Origin: Bdellovibrionales bacterium
Lineage (GTDB): Bacteria; Bdellovibrionota; Bdellovibrionia; Bdellovibrionales; JAGQZY01
Assembly (NCBI GenBank): GCA_964230645.1
Contig: CAXRHT010000002.1
Span: 64,001 to 128,000, forward strand
Length of the DNA: 64,000 nucleotides
Direction of reading: 5' to 3'
Part shown: one piece after another, positions 20,682 through 30,146 of the stretch
Layout: every line of letters starts with the position of its first letter
Numbering within the stretch: position 1 is the stretch's first letter
The notes under the pieces: model-generated
Told to the model about the DNA's origin: nothing
Databases searched by the model: none
Seen by the model: only the letters and a program-made list of their open reading frames with translations
Program-made: the position numbers and the translations under genes

Positions 20682-21436
20682 TCAAGTCAGTTCTTCTTAT
20701 TCTTGTGGTTTTTATTCTTGGAGCCTGTGGTTCTCATAAGCAGATTATTGAAAGAGTTACGCCCTTTACGAAAACAACTGAGAGTGGTGAGACTAATCCC
20801 ACCCTGAAATTAATCAATGCTGTGAACAGTGGTAATTTGGATGAAGTGAAAGCGGCTATTGAAGAGGGCGCTGATATAACCACCATGACAGAAGAGGGGC
20901 TTACTCTACTGATCGTGGGAATTCGCGCTGAGCAGTACGCGATCGTTGATTATTTGATCGCTCAAGGGGCTGACCCCACCCAAACCACGACGTCTGAGGA
21001 GTTTGCAAACCCCATCAATGCTTTTGAATTTGTGCAAGCTCAACCCTTTGATCAAGAGATTAAAGATATATTTACCGGCATTCTGAATAAAGAAGAGTTT
21101 GATGGTGCTGTCCTTAATGAAAAGATGTTTAACGCCATCTTATTTAAAAACAAATTTTTAGTGAGTTGGTTGCTGGAAAAAGGAGCTGACCCTAACTATG
21201 TACAAGATCGCAAACACACTCCTTTGATCTTTTTATTCAAACAAAGGGGGATTGAGGGGCAAGAGCTCGACAGGCTTGAAGAGGTTTTCGATGTTCTCGT
21301 CAGTCATCCAGAAATAGATGTGAATAAAAAAGTCCGTCGAGACACCCCACTCAGTAAAGCCGAGCAACGACTAAGGTCGAACCCCGAATACCAAGGCATG
21401 GTCAATCGCCTTATTGAAATGGGTGCGAGCGCTTAA
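20678..21436 (+). CDS. ankyrin-repeat lipoprotein
   Basis: Lipobox LGAC; ankyrin motifs LINAVNSGNLDEVKAAIEEGAD, GLTLL, LLEKGADPN, HTPL, DTPL; ATGA overlap with the receptor gene. Confidence 0.85.
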   Translation: MIKSVLLILVVFILGACGSHKQIIERVTPFTKTTESGETNPTLKLINAVNSGNLDEVKAAIEEGADITTMTEEGLTLLIVGIRAEQYAIVDYLIAQGADPTQTTTSEEFANPINAFEFVQAQPFDQEIKDIFTGILNKEEFDGAVLNEKMFNAILFKNKFLVSWLLEKGADPNYVQDRKHTPLIFLFKQRGIEGQELDRLEEVFDVLVSHPEIDVNKKVRRDTPLSKAEQRLRSNPEYQGMVNRLIEMGASA

Positions 21437-21517
21437 GTACCCGTTTTAATTGCATTGAGTGCTTTGAAAAGGATTTTTTTTCATCTACAATAAATTAACT
21501 GTTCAACGAGGTGACCG

Positions 21518-21772
21518 ATGAAAAATATCATTTTAGTTCTTTCATTTTTACTGTTTGGCGCTTGCCAGACTGCTGAAAAAAGCCATGACCATAAGAAGCA
21601 TGAGCATCACGGACATGCCCACAAACATCACAAAACCCACACCCATAAGCATGCGAAAAAATGTGGGCACAAAGCAAAAAAACACGACGATCACACCGAC
21701 TACAAACACGGGGAGCACAAGCATCACCAGCTTGAGGGGCATACCCATGAGTGCGAAGGTGAAGAAGGATAA
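21518..21772 (+). CDS. small His-rich lipoprotein, putative metal binder
   Basis: Lipobox-like FGAC; HKH..KCGH...HDDHTDYKHGEHKHH..GHTHEC; RBS GAGG. Confidence 0.8.
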   Translation: MKNIILVLSFLLFGACQTAEKSHDHKKHEHHGHAHKHHKTHTHKHAKKCGHKAKKHDDHTDYKHGEHKHHQLEGHTHECEGEEG

Positions 21773-21777
21773 TTCAA

Positions 21778-22122
21778 TTATTCCTGACAGCTGATGGACG
21801 CTTGTTCATCCGTGTTCTTCGGGTTGTAAACCAAAAGAGTTCTGGGCTGATTGACCGGTGTTTTTAGAACAGTGAGAGTTTCAGCGACAACCTCACCCTT
21901 TTTAGTCCACCTGATTCCCAACCACTGACCATCGGCCATGGCAGTGACAATATTTGAATCCCCTTTGAGTTCATACTCTGGAGCGCCGTGGCCTGCGGCC
22001 TCCATGGGGGCCTCGATATTCATTTCTAAAAACTCATCCTCGGTAACCAGAAGAATTTCACAATCAAGAGCCTGGACTCCAAGAGTCGTAAATAAGGTAA
22101 GAAGTGTTAATAGATGTCTCAT
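21778..22122 (-). CDS. small exported hypothetical protein
   Basis: Signal peptide (VQA-LDC); Cys near each terminus. Confidence 0.7.
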   Translation of the reverse strand: MRHLLTLLTLFTTLGVQALDCEILLVTEDEFLEMNIEAPMEAAGHGAPEYELKGDSNIVTAMADGQWLGIRWTKKGEVVAETLTVLKTPVNQPRTLLVYNPKNTDEQASISCQE

Positions 22123-22232
22123 AAAATCCTTTCTCAATTTCAGGAGAGTCTAAAGCATTGTGAACACAAAGAAAGGGACTTCTCTTTCCTAGAGAGAATT
22201 TTCGAAGCCAAAGTTGATAGATTTTACAAGTT

Positions 22233-22763
22233 TTATGGTGTGGCTGGTTGCTGGTCCGCTTGGATGGAAGGGGTTGGAAGGTAATCTAAGGGATTAATGG
22301 CGAAGTTGTTTTTATGCAGTTCAAAATGAAGATGGACACCCGTCGCTCTTCCTGATTTGCCCATCAGCCCAACCAGATCCCCTTTTTTGACAATATCTCC
22401 ACGCTCGACTTTGTAGTGACTCAAGTGGGCGTAATAGCTCCTGTAGCGTCGATCGAGATGTTCGACGATCACCAGGCGCCCATACCCAGTAAAACCGTGA
22501 CCCGCGTACACCACTCGGCCGTGGTCAATGGCCACAATGGGGGTGTCGACTCGTGCGGCGAGATCGATTCCCTCATGCACCCTGCGGTAGGGGGCTCTTT
22601 TTTGAGGACGAAATTTTTGGGTCATTACAGCCCCATAGACGGGCCACTGAAATTCTGGGTCCCGAACTCCAGGGGTGTCGCCATAATCCACGGAAATCTG
22701 TGGGCCTGAGGCACAAGCACTAAGGACTCCTGAAAGAAGTAATAGCTGGACGAACTTAAGCAT
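22233..22763 (-). CDS. M23-family metallopeptidase lipoprotein (NlpD-like)
   Basis: Lipobox LSAC; HEGID, YAHL and GVHLHFE motifs. Confidence 0.92.
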   Translation of the reverse strand: MLKFVQLLLLSGVLSACASGPQISVDYGDTPGVRDPEFQWPVYGAVMTQKFRPQKRAPYRRVHEGIDLAARVDTPIVAIDHGRVVYAGHGFTGYGRLVIVEHLDRRYRSYYAHLSHYKVERGDIVKKGDLVGLMGKSGRATGVHLHFELHKNNFAINPLDYLPTPSIQADQQPATP

Positions 22764-22884
22764 AGAGAAAGTTTTAACACTAGACATAAGTGGGAAGCTA
22801 TTTCAGAATTCAACGCCAGGCAGCATGAAAGGGGGGAGTTGGTAAAATCTCTACGGATTTTTCTTTTTTACTGGGGTGAGATGG

Positions 22885-22911
22885 AAAAAAGGAGCCCTTG
22901 GGGCTCCCTTT
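22885..22911 (-). terminator. intrinsic terminator of the CBS gene
   Basis: GGAGCCC-TTG-GGGCTCC hairpin preceded by A6 on + (U-tract on -). Confidence 0.75.
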
Positions 22912-22922
22912 AGCCTTAATTA

Positions 22923-23348
22923 TTAAGCACTCGTGCTTAATCGTTCGAGAGTTTGCTCAAGAGGGGAGTGATTGGCCATTTTCATGGCTAGATCCTTAAG
23001 GCTCACGATTCCAACCAGTTTTTTGTTCGAATCCATAACAGCCAGTCTGCGGCAGCGAATCTCGCCCATATTCTTCATAATGGTTTCGAGCTCATCGTCC
23101 TCAAAGCAGTACTTCATACCCTCAGTTGTACAGTTGCTCACTGAGGTGTTTGCAGGATTGAGAGATGAGGCCGATTCAGCCACCCAAAGAGCGATATCGC
23201 GGTCAGTGACCATACCCATAAGCTTATCGTCTTTTTCAACGGGAAGACATCCGATGTCCTGTTCTTTCATTATCTGAGCGGCTTTCTGAATACTATCTTC
23301 GTAGTTAATCACTTTTACATTTTTAGTCATAACTTCTTTGATTTTCAT
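22923..23348 (-). CDS. stand-alone CBS-pair domain protein
   Basis: IKEVMT, IGCLPV..LMGMVTDRDI, RRLAV..LVGIVSLKDL. Confidence 0.92.
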   Translation of the reverse strand: MKIKEVMTKNVKVINYEDSIQKAAQIMKEQDIGCLPVEKDDKLMGMVTDRDIALWVAESASSLNPANTSVSNCTTEGMKYCFEDDELETIMKNMGEIRCRRLAVMDSNKKLVGIVSLKDLAMKMANHSPLEQTLERLSTSA

Positions 23349-23607
23349 AAGAGCCTCCTTGTTGGCTTTTGTTCATGAAGGACGGTCTCATAGGATTTTT
23401 GCAACATCCAATGAAGAAATTTTCACAAGCAAAGATCATTTGCTTCAAACCACTTGAACCCCAGACTAGACCGGCTTTCCATGGTGATACAGAGAGTAAG
23501 AGATTTAGAAATTTTAAGATATTTCACATTTTCAACAATGGATTTAGAACCAATTCCCCCTATGCAAGGCTAGTATTGGAATTATCAATTCAAGCAAAGG
23601 AGACTCG

Positions 23608-23733
23608 ATGAACCAATCCAGTGATAAATCCCTGAAAACCCTCAAAGGGGGCTTAGTCAGTTTAGCCGTAATGGCCGGAGGAGTTTTACTTTTACTGATC
23701 CTTCTCTTCTTGTTTGGGGCCTTTGCCGCCTAA
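23608..23733 (+). CDS. 41-aa single-TM small protein (absent from the ORF track)
   Basis: AAGGAG RBS then ATG; MNQSSDKSLKTLKGGLVSLAVMAGGVLLLLILLFLFGAFAA. Confidence 0.65.
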   Translation: MNQSSDKSLKTLKGGLVSLAVMAGGVLLLLILLFLFGAFAA

Positions 23734-23801
23734 ACAGGAATTTTAAGCCCACCAACCTTTAGACAGAATAAAAAAAACAGAAAACTTTTAGGAGAAATCA
23801 A

Positions 23802-24962
23802 ATGAACACAGCGATCACTGAGATCACATCTAAAACTAAGGGCAAAGAGCCTGTCATTAGCATCTTTCACGAATGGAAGTCTGTCGACCACTCTTTGACC
23901 GAATTACAAACACTACTAAGAAAAGCTTCCCACGAAATGGGGAAAGACAATATTGAACATTCGGCTTTAAAAAGTATTAGTTTGGAAAATCAAAAAGTCG
24001 ATGGCCATAAGTTGGGCCTTGATCATTCGGTCCACCTAGCTGATCAGCATGTTGTCTTCTATTCTCAGGGTGATCACTTCTTCCCCGTCAATACAGGAAC
24101 ACGAACCAAATCGGGCTTCACCTATGGTGATCAGGCTATGGTGCTTCCTCTTCTTTTGACTCAAGCCAATCCCGTGAATGTCTTAGTGATTAACGATGAG
24201 AGATGCCAGTATTACCAGGCCACTCCTGATAGTCATCTCACAGAGATTGAAGTCGGTGGCGTGCCGAAGTCCCTTCTCGATTTTATTCAAACGGAAAAAG
24301 TCTCTGATAAGAGACCTGAAGAGTTGGGTTCCAAAAAATTGACATTAGCGCATATGGAAATGTCGGAGGGAGCTCTAAACGACTCCCGTAAAAAAATGGT
24401 GAAAAAGGCCCTTCATTGCGCCAAGGGCCTAGAGGCCCCCATTATAGTTTTTGCCAGTAATCGCTATAAACATTTCGTCGAAGATATGAAGAAAAGTGAA
24501 GGCTCCATTTTGGCAATTAAAGATTTCGTACCAAATCAAAACTCTAGAGGTGAGCGCTTTAAAGCCATGGAAAAAGAGTTGCAGGAAATTTATAAGAAAC
24601 TCGATGACGGTCAACTCTCTAAAAGCAACAAAGAGGTTCGTTCAGTCAATAATTACTCGGAAGTGATTAGCCTTGCTATGGCGGGGCGTTTGAAAGCTCT
24701 TTATCTTTCAAAACCATTTTTAGAATATCACTTAGGGTCTTTTGAGGATAAGGCGAATCTCGAAAAGCTTAATTCTTTTATCATTGAAATCAGTGAGCGA
24801 GTGCCTCTTTCAGTGATCGACTCTGAGAAATCTTTATTTTTTATCGAATCCTACAAAGAGGACTCCCAGTGGGCTAAGATGGAACGTTCTGATAAAACGA
24901 TAAAGTATGAGGCGGCCTGCGAAGCTCTATGGAAAGAGTTTGTACAATCTTTTCAGCACTAA
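23802..24962 (+). CDS. diverged baeRF (aeRF1/Pelota-like, Balon-type) family protein
   Basis: Pattern GDQAMVLPLL...VLVIN..RCQYYQAT...LTEIE..VPKSLLD...APIIVFA...EVISLAMAGRLKALYL resembles baeRF3/7 architecture; RBS AGGAG. Confidence 0.55.
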   Translation: MNTAITEITSKTKGKEPVISIFHEWKSVDHSLTELQTLLRKASHEMGKDNIEHSALKSISLENQKVDGHKLGLDHSVHLADQHVVFYSQGDHFFPVNTGTRTKSGFTYGDQAMVLPLLLTQANPVNVLVINDERCQYYQATPDSHLTEIEVGGVPKSLLDFIQTEKVSDKRPEELGSKKLTLAHMEMSEGALNDSRKKMVKKALHCAKGLEAPIIVFASNRYKHFVEDMKKSEGSILAIKDFVPNQNSRGERFKAMEKELQEIYKKLDDGQLSKSNKEVRSVNNYSEVISLAMAGRLKALYLSKPFLEYHLGSFEDKANLEKLNSFIIEISERVPLSVIDSEKSLFFIESYKEDSQWAKMERSDKTIKYEAACEALWKEFVQSFQH

Positions 24963-24992
24963 ATTGATAAAAAATGTTTGCATATAAAATGG

Positions 24993-25018
24993 AAGGGGTG
25001 CGATCACCCCTTTTTTTT
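24993..25018 (+). terminator. intrinsic terminator between convergent genes
   Basis: AAGGGGTG-CGAT-CACCCCTT followed by T-run. Confidence 0.8.
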
Positions 25019-26006
25019 ATTCGGATTGAAAAGACTTGAGCCTAAAAATCAGTTCCCAGTAAGGGACAATTTCGGCCACGTATTCCACATCAAATTCAAT
25101 ATAGTCAGCCTCACCGTCAGAGGAGTGGTCTCCTAAAAGTCCGGTTTGGGCGAGGCGCTTAACATCGTCGACTTCAATTTTTGAACCCATTTCTTGAAAG
25201 GATTTTTGACTGAGTTCAGTGATGTTGAGCTTTACGAAGCCTTTGCCATTTTTCTCTGCTTTTTCACCGTAATATTTTGCTACTTTAAGGGGATCAAGCT
25301 GTGCTTCGGTGATATTATTTTTCTTAGCCTGCTCAGAGAAGAGTTGGTTGTTGTAGAATTCTACGAAGCGAAAAATAAAATCAAGATCTTTCACCACCAT
25401 TCTCGTTTTTCCCTCTCCTAGGTTTTCAATTTCCATATAGTTGAACTCAGAAAGTACTTCACAGAGTTTGTTCATTTTATGGGTGGCTTGTCTAAACACT
25501 TGAATGGTGTACTTTCTTAGAAGGCCCGCTGGCACTTGAATCCCTTGGTCCACATTTTCGCCGTAACGATTGGTCACAAAGCCTAAAATGGACATCAACT
25601 GAGTGATGGCGTGTGAGGGGAAGACCTCCATCTCTTCTTCTTTAGTTCTTTCGAGTTGTCTGATTTTAATATTGGCTGTGCGAAGATGGCCATTGATGGC
25701 TTTAACGATTGATTTTACCCAAACTGGAAGGTTGGCCCACTGGGCGTCTAGAGCGGAAAAAGGGAGTTCGATCACTTCCGTGCCATCGGCGATCGCCATC
25801 GCACCGGCACTACGGGGAGATTTTTCGAAGAAGGCCATTTCTCCGAGCAGGTCTCCTGGTTTAAGTTCGGCTAAAGTAATTTTGGTGTTACCTTTTTTCT
25901 TGGTGATCGCCAGACGTCCTTTTTTAATAACGTACATGGAGTCAGGTTTGTCACCCTCTTGAAACAACTCTTCATTCTTTTTCAACTTAACAATTTTATT
26001 CGACAT
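25017..26006 (-). CDS. cyclic-nucleotide-binding (Crp/Fnr-like) domain protein
   Basis: LFQEGDKPDSMYVIKKG, LLGEMAFF..PRSA cNMP domain plus about 200-aa C-terminal region. Confidence 0.85.
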   Translation of the reverse strand: MSNKIVKLKKNEELFQEGDKPDSMYVIKKGRLAITKKKGNTKITLAELKPGDLLGEMAFFEKSPRSAGAMAIADGTEVIELPFSALDAQWANLPVWVKSIVKAINGHLRTANIKIRQLERTKEEEMEVFPSHAITQLMSILGFVTNRYGENVDQGIQVPAGLLRKYTIQVFRQATHKMNKLCEVLSEFNYMEIENLGEGKTRMVVKDLDFIFRFVEFYNNQLFSEQAKKNNITEAQLDPLKVAKYYGEKAEKNGKGFVKLNITELSQKSFQEMGSKIEVDDVKRLAQTGLLGDHSSDGEADYIEFDVEYVAEIVPYWELIFRLKSFQSE

Positions 26007-26196
26007 ACAACAGCTCGCCCCTAAGTGATTTATTTTATTATATGAATCCTGGGTTCGGATGTCTTTGAAAGTCTCTCATTTAAGACTGATGTCGAGCTGA
26101 TCGTGTTATTTTGATACCTTCTGTCTTTAACAGGTAAAGGCTTTTTGTTGAATCTCTATAAGAGACGCTATTGATCTTTCCGGTCAGTTGTAGAGT

Positions 26197-26409
26197 GTCC
26201 TCCTGAGCACAGATTGCCACTGTCATCCTGAGCGGAGCGAAGGATCTGGAACGTTAACGCCTGTTTGTCTCAATGCATGTCGTCTTGAGCGAAGCGAAAG
26301 ACCTAAGATCCTTCGCTCCGCTCAGGATGACAGTGGAAAGCGTGCGCTCAGGATGACAGTGGGAAGCGTGCGCTCACGATGATAGTGGAAAGCGTGGGCT
26401 CGGGATGAC
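26197..26409. repeat. REP-like locus 3 with 26-bp tandem tail
   Basis: Perfect 31-bp inverted repeats 26217-26247/26306-26336; internal REP 26279-26304 (1-bp spacer); 26-bp units x3 (26332-26409). Confidence 0.9.
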
Positions 26410-26425
26410 ATCGGAAAAATAAAGA

Positions 26426-27082
26426 TTAAATATCCATAACCTTAGGTTCTTTAGAAACATCAACGGGAGCTCCGGTGGCTTCAATGACTTCTTTGACCTC
26501 TAAACCAGGTGCTATTTCTTTTAAAACGAACCCTTTCTCATTGAACCCGAAGGCACCAAAGTCTGTGACCACAAGATCAATGCACTGGGTTCCCGTTAAT
26601 GGGAGCGTGCACTCTTTTAAAAGTTTGGGGTTTCCCGCGCGATCCACGTGTTGCATGGCCACGACCACTCTTTTGGCTCCGGCCACTAAATCCATGGCTC
26701 CGCCCATGCCTTTGACCATTTTGCCCGGGATCATCCAGTTGGCAATGCTGCGGTTTTGATCCACTTGCATGGCACCTAAGACGGTGAGATCCACATGTCC
26801 GCCTCGAATCATGGCAAAACTTTCGGCGGAAGAGAAGAAAGAAGATCCGGGTCTTGCGGTTACGGTTTGTTTACCGGCGTTAATAAGGTCGGCGTCCACT
26901 TCCTCTTCGGTGGGAAAACGGCCAAGACCGAGAAGGCCATTTTCGCTTTGTAACATAACATCTTTGTCGTCAGGGATGTAATTGGCCACAAGGGTGGGGA
27001 TACCGATTCCTAAATTCACCACAAAGCCGTCCTCAACTTCTCTCGAAATTCTTTGGGCGAGTTGCTCTCTTGATAGCGCCAT
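26426..27082 (-). CDS. scoB: 3-oxoacid CoA-transferase subunit B
   Basis: VNLGIGIPT, QSENG catalytic motif, GMGGAMDL. Confidence 0.95.
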   Translation of the reverse strand: MALSREQLAQRISREVEDGFVVNLGIGIPTLVANYIPDDKDVMLQSENGLLGLGRFPTEEEVDADLINAGKQTVTARPGSSFFSSAESFAMIRGGHVDLTVLGAMQVDQNRSIANWMIPGKMVKGMGGAMDLVAGAKRVVVAMQHVDRAGNPKLLKECTLPLTGTQCIDLVVTDFGAFGFNEKGFVLKEIAPGLEVKEVIEATGAPVDVSKEPKVMDI

Positions 27083-27780
27083 TATTTCTCCCGTACCGTT
27101 CTTTGTTCGATGCGTTTTTCATAGTTTTTCCCTTGGATCACTCTTTGAACGAAGATTCCAGGGGTGTGAACATGATCGGGATCAATTTCACCGTAGTCCA
27201 CAATTTCCTCAACTTCAGCCACTGTGATTTTTCCAGCGGTTGCCATCATAGGATTAAAGTTACGAGCGGTTTTTCTAAAAATTAGATTTCCAAAGGGGTC
27301 GGCTTTCCAGGCTTTCACCAAAGCAAAGTCACCGACAATGCCTCTTTCCATCACATAGTGACGGCCGTCAAATTCGCGCACTTCTTTTCCTTCGGCAACT
27401 ACGGTTCCATAGCCAGTCGGAGTGAAAAAAGCAGGGATACCAGCTCCCCCCGCACGTAGGCGCTCAGCCAGTGTGCCTTGAGGGTTGAGTTCGACCTCAA
27501 GCTCTTTACTTAAAAACTGAGTTTCAAACTCTTTATTTTCACCCACATAAGAGGAGATCATTTTTTTAATTTGTTTGGTTTGCAGTAAAAGACCAAGACC
27601 GAAATCATCCACACCGGCGTTGTTGGAAACACAGGTGAGATCTTTAACACCTGTGTCCCTTAGGGCTGCAATCAAATTCTCTGGAATTCCACAAAGACCA
27701 AAGCCTCCGGCAAGAATGGTCATTCCATCCTTTACGCCCTCAAGAGCTTTGTCGGCACTATCATAAACTTTATTAATCAT
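27082..27780 (-). CDS. scoA: 3-oxoacid CoA-transferase subunit A
   Basis: [33 protein letters not shown]; start at MINKVY. Confidence 0.95.
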   Translation of the reverse strand: MINKVYDSADKALEGVKDGMTILAGGFGLCGIPENLIAALRDTGVKDLTCVSNNAGVDDFGLGLLLQTKQIKKMISSYVGENKEFETQFLSKELEVELNPQGTLAERLRAGGAGIPAFFTPTGYGTVVAEGKEVREFDGRHYVMERGIVGDFALVKAWKADPFGNLIFRKTARNFNPMMATAGKITVAEVEEIVDYGEIDPDHVHTPGIFVQRVIQGKNYEKRIEQRTVREK

Positions 27781-28952
27781 AGGTTCTCCACGATGACCGC
27801 AACTGCTTCTCCGCCACCAATACATATAGAAGCCATGCCGTATTTTTTATCGCGAGACTTAAGAGCATGAAGAAGAGTGGTAAAAATTCGGGCGCCACTG
27901 CCTCCAATCGGGTGACCGAGAGCCACGGCTCCACCATGAACGTTGACTTTTTCACGAGGGATGGAAAGCTCTTTTTGAGCCGCCATTGTCACGGCTGAGA
28001 AAGCCTCATTGATTTCAAAAAGATCAATGTCTTCAATCTTCATTCCGGCCTTTTCACAGACTCTTTTCATGGCACCGACGGGTGCTGTGGTGAACCACTT
28101 TGGATCCTGGGCAAAACTGGCTTGAGCCACGATTCGAGCCATAGGCTTTAGAGACTTTTGCTTCATGTAAGTTTCGCTACATAAAACCAAAGCCGCTGCA
28201 CCATCGTTAAGCTTCGAGGCGTTGGCGGCTGTGACCGTGCCTTCTTTTTCAAAGGCCGGGCGAAGACTTGCCATTTTATCAAAGCGCGCTTTTTTTGGTT
28301 CTTCGTCTTCAGTGATGGTGAAAGTTTCTTTTCTTGTTGTGACTTCCACTGGGGTGATTTCGTTTTTAAAAAGCCCCTCGTCTTGAGCTTTCATGGCCCA
28401 CTCGTAGCTTTGTTTAGCAAATTCATCTTGTTCTTCACGAGAAAACTTATGCTCTTTCACGCATAGCTCAGCTGCTACTCCCATATGGAAGTTATTGTAG
28501 GGGTCCCAGAGTCCATCTTTAATCATAGAGTCCGCTGAAGTAACGGGGCCCATTCGGTAGCCAGCCCGTGAGTTTTCAAGAAGGTGAGGGGCTAGGGTCA
28601 TATTTTCTTGGCCACCAGCGACCACGAGTTGAGACTCGCCTAAGCGAATGCTGTCGTTGGCGAGCATCACTGATTTCAACCCTGAACCACACACCTTGTT
28701 CACTGTCATACAGGCGACCGATGTGGGAAGTTCTGCGTAAATACAAGTTTGTCTGGCAGGAGCCTGTCCAGCACCGGCGGTGAGCACTTGGCCAAAAATA
28801 AGTTCATTGACCTCGTCTTTATTGACTCCGGCAGCAGTAACAGCGTCCTTAACCACTGAAGCTCCAAGCTGGGTGGCAGGGGTGGATGAAAATTGTCCTT
28901 GAAAAGATCCAATGGCGGTTCTTTTGGCACTTAAGATATAGGTGGATTCCAT
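27777..28952 (-). CDS. atoB: acetyl-CoA C-acetyltransferase (thiolase)
   Basis: [19 protein letters not shown] and CIGGG thiolase motifs. Confidence 0.95.
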   Translation of the reverse strand: MESTYILSAKRTAIGSFQGQFSSTPATQLGASVVKDAVTAAGVNKDEVNELIFGQVLTAGAGQAPARQTCIYAELPTSVACMTVNKVCGSGLKSVMLANDSIRLGESQLVVAGGQENMTLAPHLLENSRAGYRMGPVTSADSMIKDGLWDPYNNFHMGVAAELCVKEHKFSREEQDEFAKQSYEWAMKAQDEGLFKNEITPVEVTTRKETFTITEDEEPKKARFDKMASLRPAFEKEGTVTAANASKLNDGAAALVLCSETYMKQKSLKPMARIVAQASFAQDPKWFTTAPVGAMKRVCEKAGMKIEDIDLFEINEAFSAVTMAAQKELSIPREKVNVHGGAVALGHPIGGSGARIFTTLLHALKSRDKKYGMASICIGGGEAVAVIVENL

Positions 28953-29111
28953 GGTCGACTCCTTCTGATTTACTGGCACTAAAGGGAAGATCAGCTAAAA
29001 AGTCAACATTGTTAAGGCTTTGCGCTTGACAGGATGTGATAAGTTTCTTGTGACAGGCCTTTGTAAAGAGCTTAACATAGAATCGGACTCTTAATAGAGG
29101 AGTGAGAAACT

Positions 29112-30104
29112 GTGAATAAATTTTTCTTTATCCTAATCGTTTTAATTTGGGCCCCTCAGATACAGGCCGTACGTTTTCAACCCATCGTTCAGCCCATTGG
29201 GATGGCTGAAAAAATTGTGGTTCGAGGCTTTAAGGGGCGCCTCCAGATCGTCCCCACAGAGACTGAGACCCTAAAAATTGAAGCGGAGACCAAGGGAGAT
29301 CCCCGGGGTTGGACATTCACAGCGCGCAATGTGCAGAATCACTGGGAGATTCTGGTCAAAGGGAGCTCCGAGCAAGAGGACTTTGAGCAATTAAGAGAAG
29401 GCAAAAATCTACCTCATTTCGAGATTAAGGTCACAGCTCCTCAAAGACCCATGGAGATCTACTGGAATGAGGGGGATGTCATGGTTGAAAATTGGCAGTC
29501 TGATTTGAGCACTCAGATCACAAAGGGGACCTTTCTTTCGCGAAAAGGCAAAGGGCGCTATAAAGTGCAAATGATTGATGGCACCGTTGATTTCGCTGAG
29601 CATCAAGGTGCGATCGACGTGCAAACTTTTACAGGGAAGCTGAAATTAGTGAAAACCAAAGGGGATTTAACCGTCAACAACCACTCGGCCAGTCTTCTCT
29701 TGAGTGAACACGAGGGTCCCATACGCATTCAGAATCATTCAGGCTCAGCTCGTTTGACTGATGTTAAAGGGCGAGCGCGCGTTAAAAACATTGCCGGAGT
29801 CTTCAGGCTCACCAAGTATTCCGGAAACTTTGATGGGGACTTTGAAAAGGGTTCTCTTGTTGCTAACTTTGAAAGTCTACAGAGCTTTAAGGTGAACTCC
29901 GAGGAGGCCGCAGTGACTCTGAATGCTCCCAAAGACTCCGGAGCGCTTGTGAGCTTGCGCTCTGAAAAGGGAAATCTTTGGGGTCCACCCACCTTGAGAA
30001 AGGTCAAAAGAGGGCGCTGGACGGAAAAAAAAGGTCGACTTCGCGGGGAAGAGCAAGGCAACATCAAAATCATTTCCAAGTATGGCGATATTGTGCTTAA
30101 ATAG
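29112..30104 (+). CDS. DUF4097/adhesin-like beta-repeat exported protein
   Basis: Signal peptide; repeated beta-solenoid segments (G.I.V.T..G.L.L); ends ISKYGDIVLK. Confidence 0.75.
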   Translation: MNKFFFILIVLIWAPQIQAVRFQPIVQPIGMAEKIVVRGFKGRLQIVPTETETLKIEAETKGDPRGWTFTARNVQNHWEILVKGSSEQEDFEQLREGKNLPHFEIKVTAPQRPMEIYWNEGDVMVENWQSDLSTQITKGTFLSRKGKGRYKVQMIDGTVDFAEHQGAIDVQTFTGKLKLVKTKGDLTVNNHSASLLLSEHEGPIRIQNHSGSARLTDVKGRARVKNIAGVFRLTKYSGNFDGDFEKGSLVANFESLQSFKVNSEEAAVTLNAPKDSGALVSLRSEKGNLWGPPTLRKVKRGRWTEKKGRLRGEEQGNIKIISKYGDIVLK

Positions 30105-30146
30105 GCCCGTTTTTTAACGCGTCCAGTAGAAACATAAAGAGGGATC

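Noticed and set aside
23369..23611. 80-aa TTG ORF between the CBS gene and the micro-protein
   Set aside because: No RBS, and it spans the divergent promoter region; the 41-aa ORF has much better signals.
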